NCBI GenBank assembly: GCA_050084515.1
Contig: CM114271.1
Span: 21,948,001-22,012,000, forward strand
Source of the DNA: Blasia pusilla
Lineage: Eukaryota
Direction: 5' to 3'
DNA length: 64,000 nucleotides
In this document: piece by piece, positions 23,360-42,246 of the stretch
Layout of the letters: each line of letters begins with the position of its first letter
How positions within the stretch are numbered: position 1 is the first letter of the stretch
Made by a program: the position numbers and the translations under genes
The notes under the pieces: generated by a model
What the model saw: the letters and a program-made list of their open reading frames with translations, nothing else
Databases searched by the model: none
What the model was told of the DNA's origin: nothing

Positions 23360-25454
23360 TCTTTCCCACGAGGTAGATGCTCAGAAATCACACCCATATT
23401 TCATATTTGTGGATAATGTCTTGGCCTTATGGTGCCAAAACTGGCAAGTCGGATTGCACTTGTCTGTCATAGGCTCATGACAGGTAGTTTAGTTTCAAGT
23501 AAAGAAAAAAACATCGCAGTAATTTAGAGTGTGTTGCCAGTAGACCTCCTCATTAATCTTATTTTGGCAAGTGGACTCTTGGATCAGGAAACACAGGAGA
23601 GCAAGTGGAAAGTTGCTTGTACAATTCAAGATGCGACAATAGCCAGAGCTTGTGACTTGACCGGTAAGGAACTCAAAATTTGCTGTGGGGAAGGCTGTGA
23701 AGAACCAAGCAACATCCATGCTTTCATTGTACAGATACCATTAGGTCATACTGCCCAACGACAGCTTATGTTATAAGCTTATGTCTCAGTAGTCTCACTT
23801 CCTTTAATCAAGGCTGATCCACTCACTCAACTTCAGTTAATACAAGCATGTAGGTTGCCTCATGTTCAAAGCAACTCCTGTATTTTGGCAAAGAATGGCA
23901 CATGTAACATTTTACATCTGAATCTATTTACAAAAAAGTGGTGATCTGTGCATAAGTTTCCCTGACACACAGAACCCATTTATGATGTGAATAAATGTAT
24001 GTGCTTACTTACATTAGATTGGAAGGAGTTTTGAGATTCAAGCATTGACAATTGAGTTGATCTAGAAACGTCATCAATGTAGTGCAGCTTGTGTTGTGTT
24101 TGATTGAGCTTTTACAGTTTAGAAGCTCTCTGGAAATTAAGCAAAAGTGAGGTTGGTTCTCTGCCCTCTGAAGGTGGCAGTCCCCTCACTTATTGGGTAG
24201 CCAAACTGAGGACAGCCAAAAGGGATATCCATATACGTGGATGTGCACATTGCTTGGGTTCTCAAAGAATTATTCATTTTCTGTAGCTCGTGAAAAAATT
24301 CTAGTACCTCTTGCTTTTAAGCTTCCTGTGAGTCTTTGCTTCTGGTGTGGCCCTTAACGGCTATTCTCAGTATCCTAAATTGCGGCTTTTCATGTTAATC
24401 GGATCTGTGTGAAGGGGCATTGAGACACACTGGTCTTGGAATCCCGACCGCCAGACGCACTTCTTTAATCGGACAGAGACCACATGTACAAGATATCCTG
24501 GGAATGGCAAAGAAGTTGGCTCATTGCTGGAGGTGTGGAAGTTTAGATATCCTATATTTTAAGGCCAGCACTGGGTTGAGGTGAAACCAGCCTTTCACCT
24601 GTTTGCAACTATTCGTGGCCAAGACAGTCGCAGCCTAGTCTCCAAAAGGGTCACAGATTTGAAGGATTTTCACAAGGATATGACGAGGATTAGGTGAAAC
24701 TCTAGCCTTTTGCAGGTATTCACCCACCAGGATTTGTGGCAGCTACAGAACTCCTAGTTTTTTCTTATGATCCTGATAGTGGCGTCTCATCCCCGCACGG
24801 AACCCCATCAGTTGAAGATCATGGCTTCTGGACCAGTTTTCATGTGTACAGGAATATGCTTACTCATGTCTATAACTCATCTTTATGAAATTCTCGGTTA
24901 TCTTGGACGGCATGGATTTTGCGATGAACTTTGAACGAGTTAACTGTTGACGTTTACCTGTCGTGCTTCGGAGGATGTTTGTTCTTTTCTCACGGATGGG
25001 GTCCTGATTGTCCTTTACTAGACAATACATCAAACGGAATTTGACAGATTCATTATGTCATCACGGTTGCTTACAACTATTAGAGTTACATGGTTCCCAT
25101 GATTTCATCTCCTGGTTTTGAGCATACAATACAATTCCGCAGGCCATAGAGACAGGTTGCTAGGATTTTTTTACGCGACCCGCCTCGTCGATCTCATCTG
25201 TCATTCGCACCCTGGTAATGGCTCGCCTTTTTAGGGACACTCGTCTTCAACCTTATCTGTCATTTTCAAATCAGGGTAAGAAAAAGATGGCCTGGCCTAG
25301 ATAGTGAAGTGTACTAAACTTACTCCACATTCCCATCACTTGTGTTTAACACTGAAGGAGAAAAATGATGACTATTTGCACTGAATACACATTCCAACAT
25401 GCATTATACACATTGCTCCTATATACCACACACAGTATCAACCCTCTGCTTTTC

Positions 25455-29873
<4,419 letters not shown>

Positions 29874-30949
29874 CTAACTAAAATTCGCTCGCAAGTGGGA
29901 GACCAGCGAAGCAAGCCACCGAAATCTCGAAGCTCCGTGCGCTACACTACACCGACACGACTTTCGGGAGACTCCGAAGAACTCCAACGCAGAACCCACA
30001 CCGGCAAGAAATTGTCCACAGCTAAACGCCCACTACATGAATCAACGAAGAAAACTTGACCGATTTGCGTCCGAGTTCGCAGCTTCCTCCCCGAAAGCCT
30101 CCCTCCCCACGACCCTCAACCCGGTGTCCCGCCTAACCTCGATGCCACAAAAGACCGAAATTCCCATCGCGCCACGGCATCACCACACGACCTCCGCGAC
30201 CCAGAACACACCTGTCTCACCTCAGAAACTCCACCTCCCCCCCCGCACCACCCTTCCTAAACAGCCCAGCAACCCACCGTCAGTCCACTGTCCTCTCAAT
30301 TCACCACTGAAATGCATGATTCCACGACCAACACCCAAACCCTAACCCTCTCTCCCCTATCTCCCCCGTCCGTCTGTGTATCATGTGCTTGTTCGTCTCT
30401 CCACCGCGACCGAAGCATTTACCGCACTGGTGCACGAGACACGCTCTACAACAATCAGCCACTGCCGATCTTCGCGCGCGTCGACCGCTCTTCTACCATT
30501 GCCCTGCAGGACACCGAGGCTCAAAACCCTAGACCCTCCCACTAAAGTTACTCTAAACCTCGTTTCTTTCCTTTTCTTTTCTGCGTCCTGCTACGCAATG
30601 CCGAAGAAACCGATACTCCCGCTTCTTCCCGGCGGTGGAACCGAGGAAGGACGGACCGGAACTCACGCCGCGGGACATTCCTTAGCACGGGCGGGGTACG
30701 CGCAAGCGACCTTCGGTTCGGCGTCGCCGTGAAGTTGTTTGTAGACGGGCGTCCGAACTCCGGACGTTTACTTTCTACTTTCGGAAGTTTTTCCTTTTGG
30801 CAGCTGAAGTCTTTTTCTCGGTTCGGGAGGGTAAAATGCAAGACGTATTAATGGCGCATCACCCACCTATCAAATTCATTTTTCTTATTTTTATATATAT
30901 TCAGTAATATTTACGACAATGGTTTCCATGTCCAAAGAGAGAGGCGTTA

Positions 30950-31380
30950 TTCCATGCGGGATTCTTTTATGTGTGAGGACTCTCTATGACATATGAAGAT
31001 AAGATGGTGATGGTAGATGTTGTAGGGATGGATCTTATGCGAGAGGTCGTGCGAGCCCATGTGATGACGCAAGAGAGACTGCTACAAGAAGCGGCGGTAG
31101 TGATGAAGAAGACACATCTCTGTATTTGACTTCATGACGGACAAAACTTAGTCCCTCTTGTGGGGCTATGGGGGAAAGGTTGACTCATTCCTTACGGACT
31201 GCGTTCATCATCTCCAATCGATAAATGGACTATCCTTGGCTATTGCAATTCTTTGTTGTAGTAAACATGTCTCCATAGCTTTGCAACTTGCCCAAGATAA
31301 TAATAAGCTTTTGCAACGGGCTCAAGCTATGGGAGACGCCAACGCTAGAGACCCACATAGTGGTAGTCATGTTTCCCTAT
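30950..31380 (+). mobile_element. Non-LTR retrotransposon C-terminal remnant (restriction-like endonuclease type)
   Basis: GGYGGKVDSFLTDC...CSKHVSIALQLAQ resembles the FG...FL...RVSIALQRAQA ending of plant RLE-type LINEs. Confidence 0.4.
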
Positions 31381-31899
31381 GTGTTCATTGATATTGTTTC
31401 TGGTATTGGTTACTTTAGCCCATAGGGGGGGTGCCCCCTTTTTCTTTTTCACGGTCAGATGTGGCCTTCATATACTTGAATCTTTAAGTCCCCATCTTTT
31501 GTACTCCCAATGGCTTCCCCATCACCCTTTCTACACCTTGCAATCCATGGATAGAAAGGGATCTCTTAAGATTCCATATCTCCTTCTCTTATTGAAAACT
31601 AAATATTTTTTTAATAAAGCTCTTCCGAATGAAAATTTATCACTTTCTCCCTTCATCTCCCAACATTTTAAATCCATCATCTCTTCTCACTTTGAAAATA
31701 TAATGTTTTTAAAAAGAGACATAAATTTCCACTAAAGTATCAATAGCGTGCATTATTTATCTCATTGGGTTTTTTACATCTTAATTTATGACATCCTCAA
31801 ATCATCTTCTTCATTTTACCTTCCATATGAAATTTATCGCGACTATTGTGCACTCAAAATCAATCTCTCTTATGTTAAATCAAACCCACTCTCCTATAA

Positions 31900-33300
31900 A
31901 GAGAGTTGGTTTATTCACAAGGCAATTAGAACCATAGCTCCGTTGCCTCATGCTAAGAGGTTTAAAAGAGAGAATGAGCTTCACAGCTCCCTCTATTTAG
32001 GTATACCCCTTTCCTTCTCCCAAGCTCTTTCCACATTAACATGTGGTCATAGGTTGTGTTAGTGGCTCTTGACTTGCTTTAGGGGATCAAGGGTCCCTTA
32101 CCAAAGTGGAAATATAATTATACTCCTAATAGGAACTTGCTTAAAAAAATAAGTTTGTGTGCATAGCTCCAAATGATTCAAAACAAAGTAGAAACTTGTT
32201 GCTCTCTCATGCTTAACCTTGTGAGGTTATCATCCAATCTTTTAGAAGGTGCCTTATCGATACTCGTTGATCCATCCTAAAAGAAGCACTAACTTCATTG
32301 GGGATATACTCCCTTTCTTGCCCATTCCATGATAACCTACGCATGTTCATGTTGCCCATCTGCACTAGATCATAAAGGACATAAAGTAGAAAATGTATTG
32401 AACAATGCAAGCTACAACTTAAGATCCTCTCCATATGAACCAAATGTGCCTATATCTAGACCTATATGAATGAAAGGCTTTAAAAAATATAAGACTCCAC
32501 GAAAGATAACAAAAGACTTCAGAGGATCTACATGCCTCGATGTAATCTCACAAACCTTGCTAAAGTTATAACTCCCTATTCAAATCTAAGTTTAATTTCT
32601 TACATTCCATCTAGATCCAATGTTAATATCCATAATTCATCCGTTTGGACTTCGTTTGGTATCCACATCCCGAAGCCAATCTCTTGATAAATCTTGTGTA
32701 TGCGAATGAGATCCTATTTGAAATTAAATGCTCCCTAAAATGAAAGCAGGTCTTATTTTGAAATGTTTCCAAACGGTCTTTCAAAAATTTCAAGATCTTT
32801 CTTACTACACGAAAGCTTTTGGTAAATCAAGTTCAATAATTGAATTTCTTCTCTACCATACCCTTACAAAATAAAAAATTCCTCAATTATTTAAGTCAAA
32901 TTTACAAGGAATACCCACACTAACCAAACCCTTGTCAAATGTGCTTCTTCTTCCCCCAACTTTAAATTTAACTTAATTGAGATGCAAAATGTGAGAAAAG
33001 TACTGGTTATTTATTATGAGTTTTTTGGAAAACTTTCCATAATAATTATTGTTGCATTGATGAATAACCGCATAACTTATGAAAGAATTTGAGTTAAAAT
33101 TAATGTGACTAGGTATCTTAAAAGCAAGGAGGGAGAAACAAAAGGAAAAAATGCTTTTGGAGTGAATGAGGATAAGGATAATTCTTTCCTCTCCAAATGG
33201 GGAACTTTTTTTTATTAAAAAAGATAAATTGATTTCCAAAAGATTTTTTTTTCAAAATTATTAGGTTGGAGGAAATCTTAAGTGGATGATCTAGTAGAAA
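31900..33300 (+). mobile_element. Probable decayed L1-like LINE remnant
   Basis: LYLGIPL motif (~31990) typical of the LINE RT C-terminus; otherwise AT-rich and broken. Boundaries uncertain. Confidence 0.3.
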
Positions 33301-33773
33301 CATTAACTTTGAGTATACATGCATAGAAAACGAGGTTAAACACCCAAAACCATATATACTATACTATCGCAAGAGGATTAACTCCCAATGACCGCACCTC
33401 TAGAGTGTCAATCATACCCTCCTCTCCCAACTCAAGTCGAATTTTAAAATTTTATGTTGGGTATTTAGGGCGTGTACAAGTATGTGTTGTTTGAAATGCT
33501 TGCTAGCGGCAGTTGCACGTTGCATATTTTTATATTGATGGGTTGGTCATCTTGGAGCCTGGTCATGCTACGTGGCAGCTTATAACTTACTAGGCTTGGA
33601 CTTCATGAGAACCTCCCACACAAATTTATAGGTTAGGTTTGATCAATTGCCATCATTTTAAACTCGTTTGGTATACTTCCTTTGATAAGGCCATTGCCGC
33701 ATGATATTTCCGCTCGACCAGTAAGTTTTCATGATTCATTTGTTGCCTTACAACATTGTGTGGCTACCCAATA

Positions 33774-34085
33774 CAAGGTTGCATATGAACAAAGTTCTTG
33801 TCCATGGACTTACGTCCTATAAAAGGACTTGTCCATGCAAGTCCCACCTCTCTCTTCTTTCTCATCCCCCCTCCCCCACTTGGCTTCGTGATCCGTACTT
33901 TCTTATTTCTTCCTCCTCTCACCTCCACTCCCTCTCCTCTCATTGCCTCGGCCACCCTTGTCTTGCCTTCCACTATGAACTATAAGTATGGGCCTCACAT
34001 GTTGCAATCCATATACGTGGACATGCCCAAAATTGTCCATCCATGTTCGTCTAAGGATGGACTTGTCCATTTTTTTGCAACAATG
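33774..34085 (-). mobile_element. hAT-type MITE copy 3
   Basis: TIRs CAAGGTTGCA...TGCAACAATG; imperfect 8-bp TSD ACCCAATA/GCCCAATT; the reverse complement matches copies 1 and 2. Confidence 0.75.
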
Positions 34086-34744
34086 GCCCAATTATATTCT
34101 TTTAACGTTTTTGTTTCTTCCTTGCATTGTTGTTTCTTATTTTCTTTCTTCCTCTCGCTTTCCCTCTTCTTACTCATGCTTAGTTCACTCTCTATTTTCC
34201 TTGTTTATTTTCTCTCACGCTTGATATACCTAGTGGTGGGATTTGCATTTCCAGTTCAGATGTGCGATGAGGATCAACCTCCCAAATTCTAAATTGATGC
34301 CCCGCCAACATGGATTTCTCAATGCTCATTTACTCATTGCACTCTTTTATTTAGGCGTCATGATTCTTACACACTTCCTTTTCTATCTTCGTTCATTTGT
34401 TTCATTTCATTCATTTAATTTTGTTGAGAAATTCTCCATTATCCCTCAATGAGTTATTTGTTGTGGAATAAAGTTTTCTCTTGTCGTCTTGTGTTGCTAG
34501 AGCGCCAACTTGGGCATCTCATGTTGTTGGGTATTGATTGAGTGGGGCTTGCGCTATCAACAGGTGTGTGTACTTTCTTTGTGAATTCCTCTTGTGCTAT
34601 CCTCTTTCTTCTTCCCTTTTCGCGGCTAGTGTCATTGAACGTCCATTACTTCACTCGATTGTGTGCTCTAAGCTCTTGGCTGATTGCGGATGACCTCCCA
34701 TATATTTGCAAGCAAACTCCTAAAAATGGTTGATCATTGGGTAT

Positions 34745-34745
<1 letters not shown>

Positions 34746-34785
<40 letters not shown>
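34746..34785. repeat. (CT)n microsatellite
   Basis: About 20 CT units. Confidence 0.95.
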
Positions 34786-34788
<3 letters not shown>

Positions 34789-36753
34789 AGTAAAGCTTAG
34801 AGCTCGCTATCGCCAAATTGTTTGTTGTGAGCTCTAGAGTTATTCTATAGTTGATGGGAAGTTTCTCTACTGTTAAATATAATTTGAATGAAAAAATCCA
34901 AAGGGTTGGGTGGGTTGTAAGAAGTCAACACTTAGAAATTTCTTTTATGGTTTTTCAATGACTTATTCTATTTTTTGTAAGTTCCAATCAATTCATCTAA
35001 CTTCTTAAAGGAAGCCTACTCGCTACATTATTCTTTTCCAGATTATGATATTTTTTCAATATGTCTAATTAATTCTTGTATTGAACGTCAATTTCCTATG
35101 CTTTCTATCCTCACAATTGTTCAAAGCTTGGACTACGTTCTTATGATGTGTTTTCATTAGATTGCCATGGTTGAGCTCCATACAAACGTCACTACAAGGC
35201 TCATTTAACATAAATGTACCGCCTCAACTCTAGTAGTATTCTCGACTATGCTTCTATGGGCTATCTCCATTGAGCTTGAAGGACCGTGAAAAGATGATTT
35301 TTTTGGAAGCACCGGACAAGTCGTGAGCACCATGATTTGTATAAACATGAAGGTGGAGGATTAGCAGTTATGCGAGTTTGCATTATATGCTCAGATTGGA
35401 TTATAAGTTTCCAAGAATATAAAGGATAAATGTTGCTTCTTGCTAAGGCTCGTTATATGTTCTACGTAGTTGTACTAGCTATGGGTGGGCATTGTCTACA
35501 ACTTTGGCAACATTAATTCTCATGTAGTAAAATAGAAGCATTTCTCTTACAAACAAAAAACTTCCTTCATCTCTCTCTGTCTCTCTCTCTCTCTCTCTGA
35601 CAAAGTTACTTACAAGACAAGGAACACCATAGTTTTGCTCCCAAGATCTCTCTCCCCCAACTATGTACGCAACGACTACACACACAAGTCACCTCATAAA
35701 CAATAGGGAGTCAAACATCAATATCTATAAATAGGAATTGTAGTATTTCAAAATAGGAAATCAACCGGAAATAGTAAGATATTCAAATAGACTACAAATA
35801 TAATCAAATCAAAGAGAAAATTTCACTTGGAGACTACCTACTCCTCAACATGTCATCCTTGACGTAGTTGACTTAATTTTTAGTTTCCTCTAGAGTGGGG
35901 CATAAAGTCTTTAAGGCACAAATGAAGTGTGACATAAAGTCTTCCGAGGCACATATTTGTGCCTCGAAATCTTATTAATGGAAGTAATATTCCTTTAAAG
36001 ACAATTGACTTTATTTATGCTGTTTGTATCTTGTTCTATACCCATCTTTGTATCTGTTTGTATTTCTAGAAGATCCTAGGGTTCCCATCTCTTCACTAAA
36101 ATGCTATTTTTTTCGTCAAAAGATTTGGAAGCACAAGCCAAAGTCGTGGACAGACATATAGATGCACGTTAACAAAACGCTACAAACTCCCTAAATTGGC
36201 GTTGTTAAGGCATTTTTATACACTAGTGTGAAGCCCGTGCCATGCAAGGGAGTGAAAGACTAATCACATTGTACACAAATGATTTTTTCTTTTTGTCTAT
36301 GGAATAGAAATAATTTTCTTGCTACCCGGTTGCCACATGCCAAGAAGGGAAATGTTTGCAAATCAAGGAAGCATTCTTCAATAATAATATAAACTAGTTA
36401 GGACCCGTAAGGGGACCTTGTAATACATGGTCCACTCCACAGTCCCTAGCCCTAAACACCCCATTCCCAGCCCACTCCTTAATCCCTAACCCTCAACGCC
36501 CGCTCCGCTACTTGAATGCCCATGGCATGCCTTCTACATTATGGATTCAAAAGACACGTGGTGAAGTCTCCGGTGTGGCCATTTGAAAACCACTCCTCTC
36601 ATAATAGTATACATTAAGTCATTGTCTTAAGCTCTTTAAGATGCCTCTTATGTCATGTGAGGCTAATTATGTACTTGGATAGATATTGATATAAATTTTC
36701 ATTACTAACACGAGGCTTATTCTACCTAATTCTACCTAATTCTTTGTTCAACA

Positions 36754-37170
36754 TCTATATTATTATGGGATAGTGCCTTCTTGATTTGCAAACACTTCTA
36801 TACTAAACACGTGGCAATTGGGCAACAAGAAAATATTTCACATGCTACGGGCAACAAGAACAAAATTTTTAATTTATGTGCAACATCATTAATCTCTTCC
36901 CTTCACGGGCTATACACTAGCTCTTCAAACAATTCCTTATTTCCCGTGCATCGCACGTGCACCTTATCTATATTAGTATGGGAGAGTTCTTTCTTGATTT
37001 GCAAACACCTCTCTACTTAACACATGGCAATTGGGCAACAAGAAAAATTTTCACATGTTACGGGCAGCAAGAAAAAATTTGAATTTATGTGCAACATCAT
37101 TCATCTCTTCTCTTCATGGGCTATACATCAGCTCTTCAAACACTTTTTAATTTCTCGTGAACCTTACTAA
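36754..37170 (+). mobile_element. Two head-to-tail ~210-bp non-autonomous Helitron units
   Basis: Both start TCTATAT (36754 and 36967) and share internal sequence. Unit 1 ends with the hairpin CCCGTGCATCGCACGTG then CTA; unit 2 has lost the hairpin. Confidence 0.7.
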
Positions 37171-37399
37171 TGTATACTATTGGAGGATGCCCCATTTTTC
37201 CTTACACTTGCTTCTAATAAAGTATCTATATACAAGACGTCGGTGTGAGATTAGTGATATCGAGTATGTAGTAAGATTGTTTAACCCTAGGTTTATTTTG
37301 CATTACACTGTGGATGAGTATTCTCAGTTATTCTATATAAGATTGCATTGCTTCATTCCTTCATTTCTTCATCTATATTCTCCAAACCTTGCATTCTTG

Positions 37400-40300
37400 A
37401 TTCATTTAAGGACTAATTGATATATTATGAATCGCAAGGTAGTACTAGCCTTCATCGTCATATTATATTCTATATAGATAGCTCTGATCTTGAATGATTC
37501 ATACCAAAATTTGTGGTGACATTCCCACATCTGATAATTTTAACTCAAATTCAAATATTTTGCATAATATGCAGGACTTCTCATACATTGCTAGATTTAG
37601 TTATGCACAAACAACTCCATAAGTGCAAAGAAGGAGTTTGCATGGTTAGGAAGAGGTCTCATAAAATCTATTTTCGTCGTCGGTTCCCTAGAAATATTAA
37701 CATTAATGTTGACCCATTCATTGATCCCATTACGAAGAGATGGAATTATTATAGGCCTTCTAGAAATCATCCGGTTGTAATACCATACTATCCACTTATA
37801 CTCCTTTTATGGGGTGCCCACATGAATATTCAGAGGGTCACCTATATAGATTGGTCATTCTACCTCTTGAAGTATGCCCTTAAGTTTGAGCCAATTGATT
37901 CACTAGGCATTGATACTAAATCAACCAATTGTCTTGGCCTCAATGGACTATATGATATAAAGTTAGTTTCAAGTGTTGTTCTAAATAGATTAGTATCTTC
38001 AACAGAGGCTATTCTCACTTCACTACAGATCCCGATGATATTTAGGTCAAAATTTGTTTACTACGTTGATTCCAACCCACGTAAGAGGAGAATGTTGTTC
38101 TACAAGAATGCATCTATATTGTGCATTCATCCCACAACCTTGTACTACAATAGACTTATTGCTTTTGAAGATTTTTCTTTCACAAAATATTGATTTGACT
38201 ATAAGTTACTTAAATTACACCCAAAGGAAAAATACGTGAAGGTTATAGTGATGGGCAATCTAGGAAATATTTCTCATAGAATAAGTCGCCTTGTTAATTA
38301 GGTCTGTAGAATTCCATCCCTTGCACTAATGAAATAAGTTTCTTTATGCAATTCTCCTTACTCGTATTACTTTTTGTTCAAAGATAGCTAGAATGTCATC
38401 TCACACACAATGTTGGACTTTTGTGCATAAATGCGTGCATCAGAGGATCATATACTCCAATAATAACATTCATGAACTTATTAAATTGCATGTACTTGAT
38501 AATCATTGGATTCAAGTCTATAAGTTTGAAATTATAGCCAAGGCCACAACTATATTGTGGCTTGAGTTAGATCTAAACTTGGGTTTTGTGGTTCCTCATT
38601 CACATCAATTTAAGGATATAGATTCCCATGTAGTGGATGATAGCATTTGGCATCCCGCCATTAGTTCGCTCAATTAGGAACAATTGGAAATTTTCATGGA
38701 ACTCAAGAATCTCAAATGATGCCTCATTGTATTGAACGCGGCTCCTAGTTTGGAAATTTGTTTGTTCATATCTTTGATATAAACTTTATGGAAATTCAGT
38801 ATAATGGCCCCGGTGTTAACGGCTACAATCAAGGTTACAGACAATCTCAAACAACAACAATTTATTGTGCTTTTGCAAAACCCATTTTTGATGACCTACT
38901 ATCAATGCATGTTTCATTTGATTCATATGGTAGACTTAAGTCTGCTAAAGTGATTGTGGTGGATGAGTCTTCCATATCAACAACTAAAGTGCTCCAATTT
39001 ATAGCAACATGTTCTTCAGTTCCCCTAACAAAAGATCTTTTACATCAAAGGCGTGAGGTAATATTCATGCCTTCTATATATTCTTGAATCTTTAATTTAT
39101 CCATTACAAATTTGTATTGATTTTTATATTTTTATTTAAGACTATTCTAGTTTGTTTGTAATTTGATGCAGAGAATTGGAATTGGTAATCTTCCTTTGGA
39201 TCCTCAAACTATTAATGTTGTATTACTAGAGATCCATTACCATCTTCAAGATCATGATAAAAGTATGGCAGATTTCTCGGACATGCCTCAACCTAGCTTT
39301 TTTACTCATGATATATCGATATCGCGCTTAGAGGAAGAAGAGTTGTGACATATTCGTGAAATGCTTGCTGATCATGTTCAACGGGGGGAGATTTCATTGA
39401 ATGATGGACATCGAGCTATATGGGATGTTGTCCATCTTTTTTTTAGAGGATATGTTAAATGATGCGCCTCCTTCAGTAAGTGCATTTTATATATGTCATG
39501 CTATTTTTATATTTATGTTTAAGTTTTAATTCTTCAATATCTATATATTGTAGCTAATTTGGATCTTATTAGGAAAATTTATTCATTGATGGTCTTGGTG
39601 GAACCAAAAAAAAATTTCTATATAATCTCCTTCTTGCTATCATGCAAAGTAAGGATTATATTGCTCTTGCAGTTGCATCTTTTGGTATTGCTGCTTTGTT
39701 ACTCGATGGAGGTTGTACTTCTCATTATCAATTTAAGATTCCTGTCCAGATACATGAATTGTCTACTTGCAAGTAAGTTTATGTCAAATATTTTTTTATT
39801 ACTCTGATTCACTTCTAAGATTAATGTTTTCATGAATTTTTATTAAATTTATATATTATGTATAAATATTGTTTACATTTGAATTATTTTATGTTTTCTA
39901 GCTTATTTGTTAATAGTGATATTGCACGCCTCATACAAAATGCAAAGTTGATCATATGGGATGGAGCTCCTATGACGCATCGTCATGCTTTTGAGGTTGT
40001 AAATCCTATCTTCCAAAATATGATGGGTTTGATGGATCATGTATTACGAGATGTGCCTTTTGGGGACAAGATATTTATTGTTGGTTGTGATTTCCGACAA
40101 CTTATTCCTGTAGTACGTCATGATGATGGACCAACTATTGTGCGTGCAATCCTTATGAGATCTCTTATTTGGACTCGTGTGAGAATAATGAAACTCACTA
40201 CCAACACGAGAGTGATTTTTTTGCAAGTTAACAACGACTGAACCTTCTATTGTTGCTTTTGTTATCTTATGGATTTTTATGAAGATGTGCTCATTCCTTT

Positions 40301-41479
40301 TCTGTCAAATTTGTTTAGGAGAAGCATGACATGAGCAAGATGGATTTTCAAACAGGTTATTGAAGGTTGGCGAGGGTCATATACCATTGCATTGTGAGCT
40401 TGAAGATGATTTTATAAAAATTCCTGATGCGATGATTATTAAGAGTCACAGACTTAATGATTTTATTGAAATTGTCTATGGACGTGATATTGATAAGTGG
40501 AGTGATATTGACTTTTTGAGGTATACATCTATTCTTACAACAAATGATACTATTGGGGATTTGATCAATGCCAAAATCATGTCATAATTTCCAAGAGAGG
40601 TAATTTCAATATTTCATGAATGTCTTCAATTTACATGAAATGAAGACACAATTAATTTGTACTCTACGAAAATATCCTTTTGATGCTAATGATGGTTTCT
40701 CTTCTCATGTGCACACTTCTAAGTGCTGATTCGGTAATTGATAATGGGATGAGGTTGGTATACCCAACATAATTCTTGAATACTTGTTTGCCATAAGGAT
40801 TTCCACCACATTACTTAACGTTGAAGATTGGAGCTCTAATTATGCTACTGCGGAATATGAATGGAGCAAAGGGACAAGAAAACGTGACTCGCTTGGATTT
40901 GGTCAACAAGTTATAGATGTTGTAATTATGACAAGACAAAATATTGGAGCTCGAGTGTTTATTCCATACATTCCGTTAATTGCATCTGATTAAGGGTTAC
41001 CTTTTGATTTACGAAGATTTCAATTGGATTTGGTCAACAAGTTATAGATGTTGTAATTATGACAAGACAAAATATTGGAGCTCGAGTGTTTATTCCATAC
41101 ATTCCGTTAATTGCATCTGATTAAGGGTTACCTTTTGATTTACGAAGATTTCAATTTCCTATTCGACAAGCCTTTGCTATGACGATTAATAAGTCTCAAT
41201 GTCAAACATCAGATATAGTTGGTATTTACTTGCCAAATCCTGTATTTTTTCACGGATAATTATATGTTGCCTTATCTAGAGTAGGTTCTAGCAAGTCAAT
41301 CCATATGATGATTGATAGTCAAAATCCACCAAACAAAGATGATGTTTATATTATAAATGTTGTATATTCTGAAGTGTTACATTAATTAAATAATAGCTAG
41401 GATTTTCATTTTTTCTGTATGTAATATTTTTATCATTATAAAATTTGACGCCGATGCATCGCATGGGCATTCTTACTAT
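37400..41479 (+). mobile_element. Degenerate Helitron (Rep HUH endonuclease and PIF1 helicase pseudogene)
   Basis: HUH-like SLHRHII (~37445); VIPYYP...HMNIQ...YLLKY; helicase [59 protein letters not shown]. 3' hairpin GCCGATGCATCGCATGGGC followed by CTAT at ~41450-41479. Confidence 0.88.
40893..41154 (+). repeat. 131-bp perfect tandem duplication inside the Helitron helicase
   Basis: Two apparently identical copies starting TTGGATTTGGTCAACAAG at 40893 and 41024. Confidence 0.9.
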
Positions 41480-42246
41480 TATTGATAGATTCCGTAACTT
41501 GGAGGGCCTGCGACTTAAACACACACAAATATATTTTGGACGTCTGACAGTAGGAGGTGAACGTTCACCTTTGATGGTATCCCACACCCGAGCACGGCAT
41601 TTGATCATATACAAAATTATGAATTCGTACATCTAAGCCTAAGATACGTTTTTTAGACGCCCTATTTAGGTCATACACCTCAGAAATAACGGAACTCACC
41701 ATTGACGTCGTCGGGACATAAATGGAAGCCGTCCTTGTTTTATAGTCAAACGGTTGAAGGACGTCCAAAACTTGAGACGCCCTATTGACCTAAATATTTT
41801 CCCATTATCCAACGAACCAACTCTCTACCGCACCATTTGTTCCGCTTGCGTGTTTCTCTGCGAACACCAACTAGCGAGCGCGTGCAGGGCTCGGACATTA
41901 TATTTTAGGAGATCAACTTTTTACTGGGACTCTTGGAAACATTTAGGTTTTTTGAAATAATTGTCAACCAACCCCTTAAGACTTTTACATGATCGGGTTT
42001 TTGTGTAAGAGTTTTTCCTTGTCAAGTTATGTCCGGGATGTAACTTGAGTCGCCAAATTTTTGAAGGGTTTGGAATTGGCATGCTAGTTTTTGCTGTCAC
42101 ATTGTCTACCTTTCGATTTAGTTATGGCTAAAAAGCAAAGTCCCCCAGTAGCCTTCTTAGCTCACCTCCTCATTTTTTTACCTTTTGCTAGAGTTGAACC
42201 AAAATTCCCCCTACCTGTTGGGGGCCATAGATGGTAAGAACCCTTC

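Noticed and set aside
30037-30841. ORFs upstream of CDC5
   Set aside because: Most likely 5' UTR, intron and promoter sequence (AAACCCTA telo-box-like motifs present); no domain evidence.
35100-35850. Possible LTR or retroelement remnant ending in CTCAACA
   Set aside because: No partner LTR, TSD or clear protein motif could be established.
41490-41800. Possible TIR of the hAT element or a separate MITE
   Set aside because: Only weak inverted similarity; no matching right TIR or TSD found.
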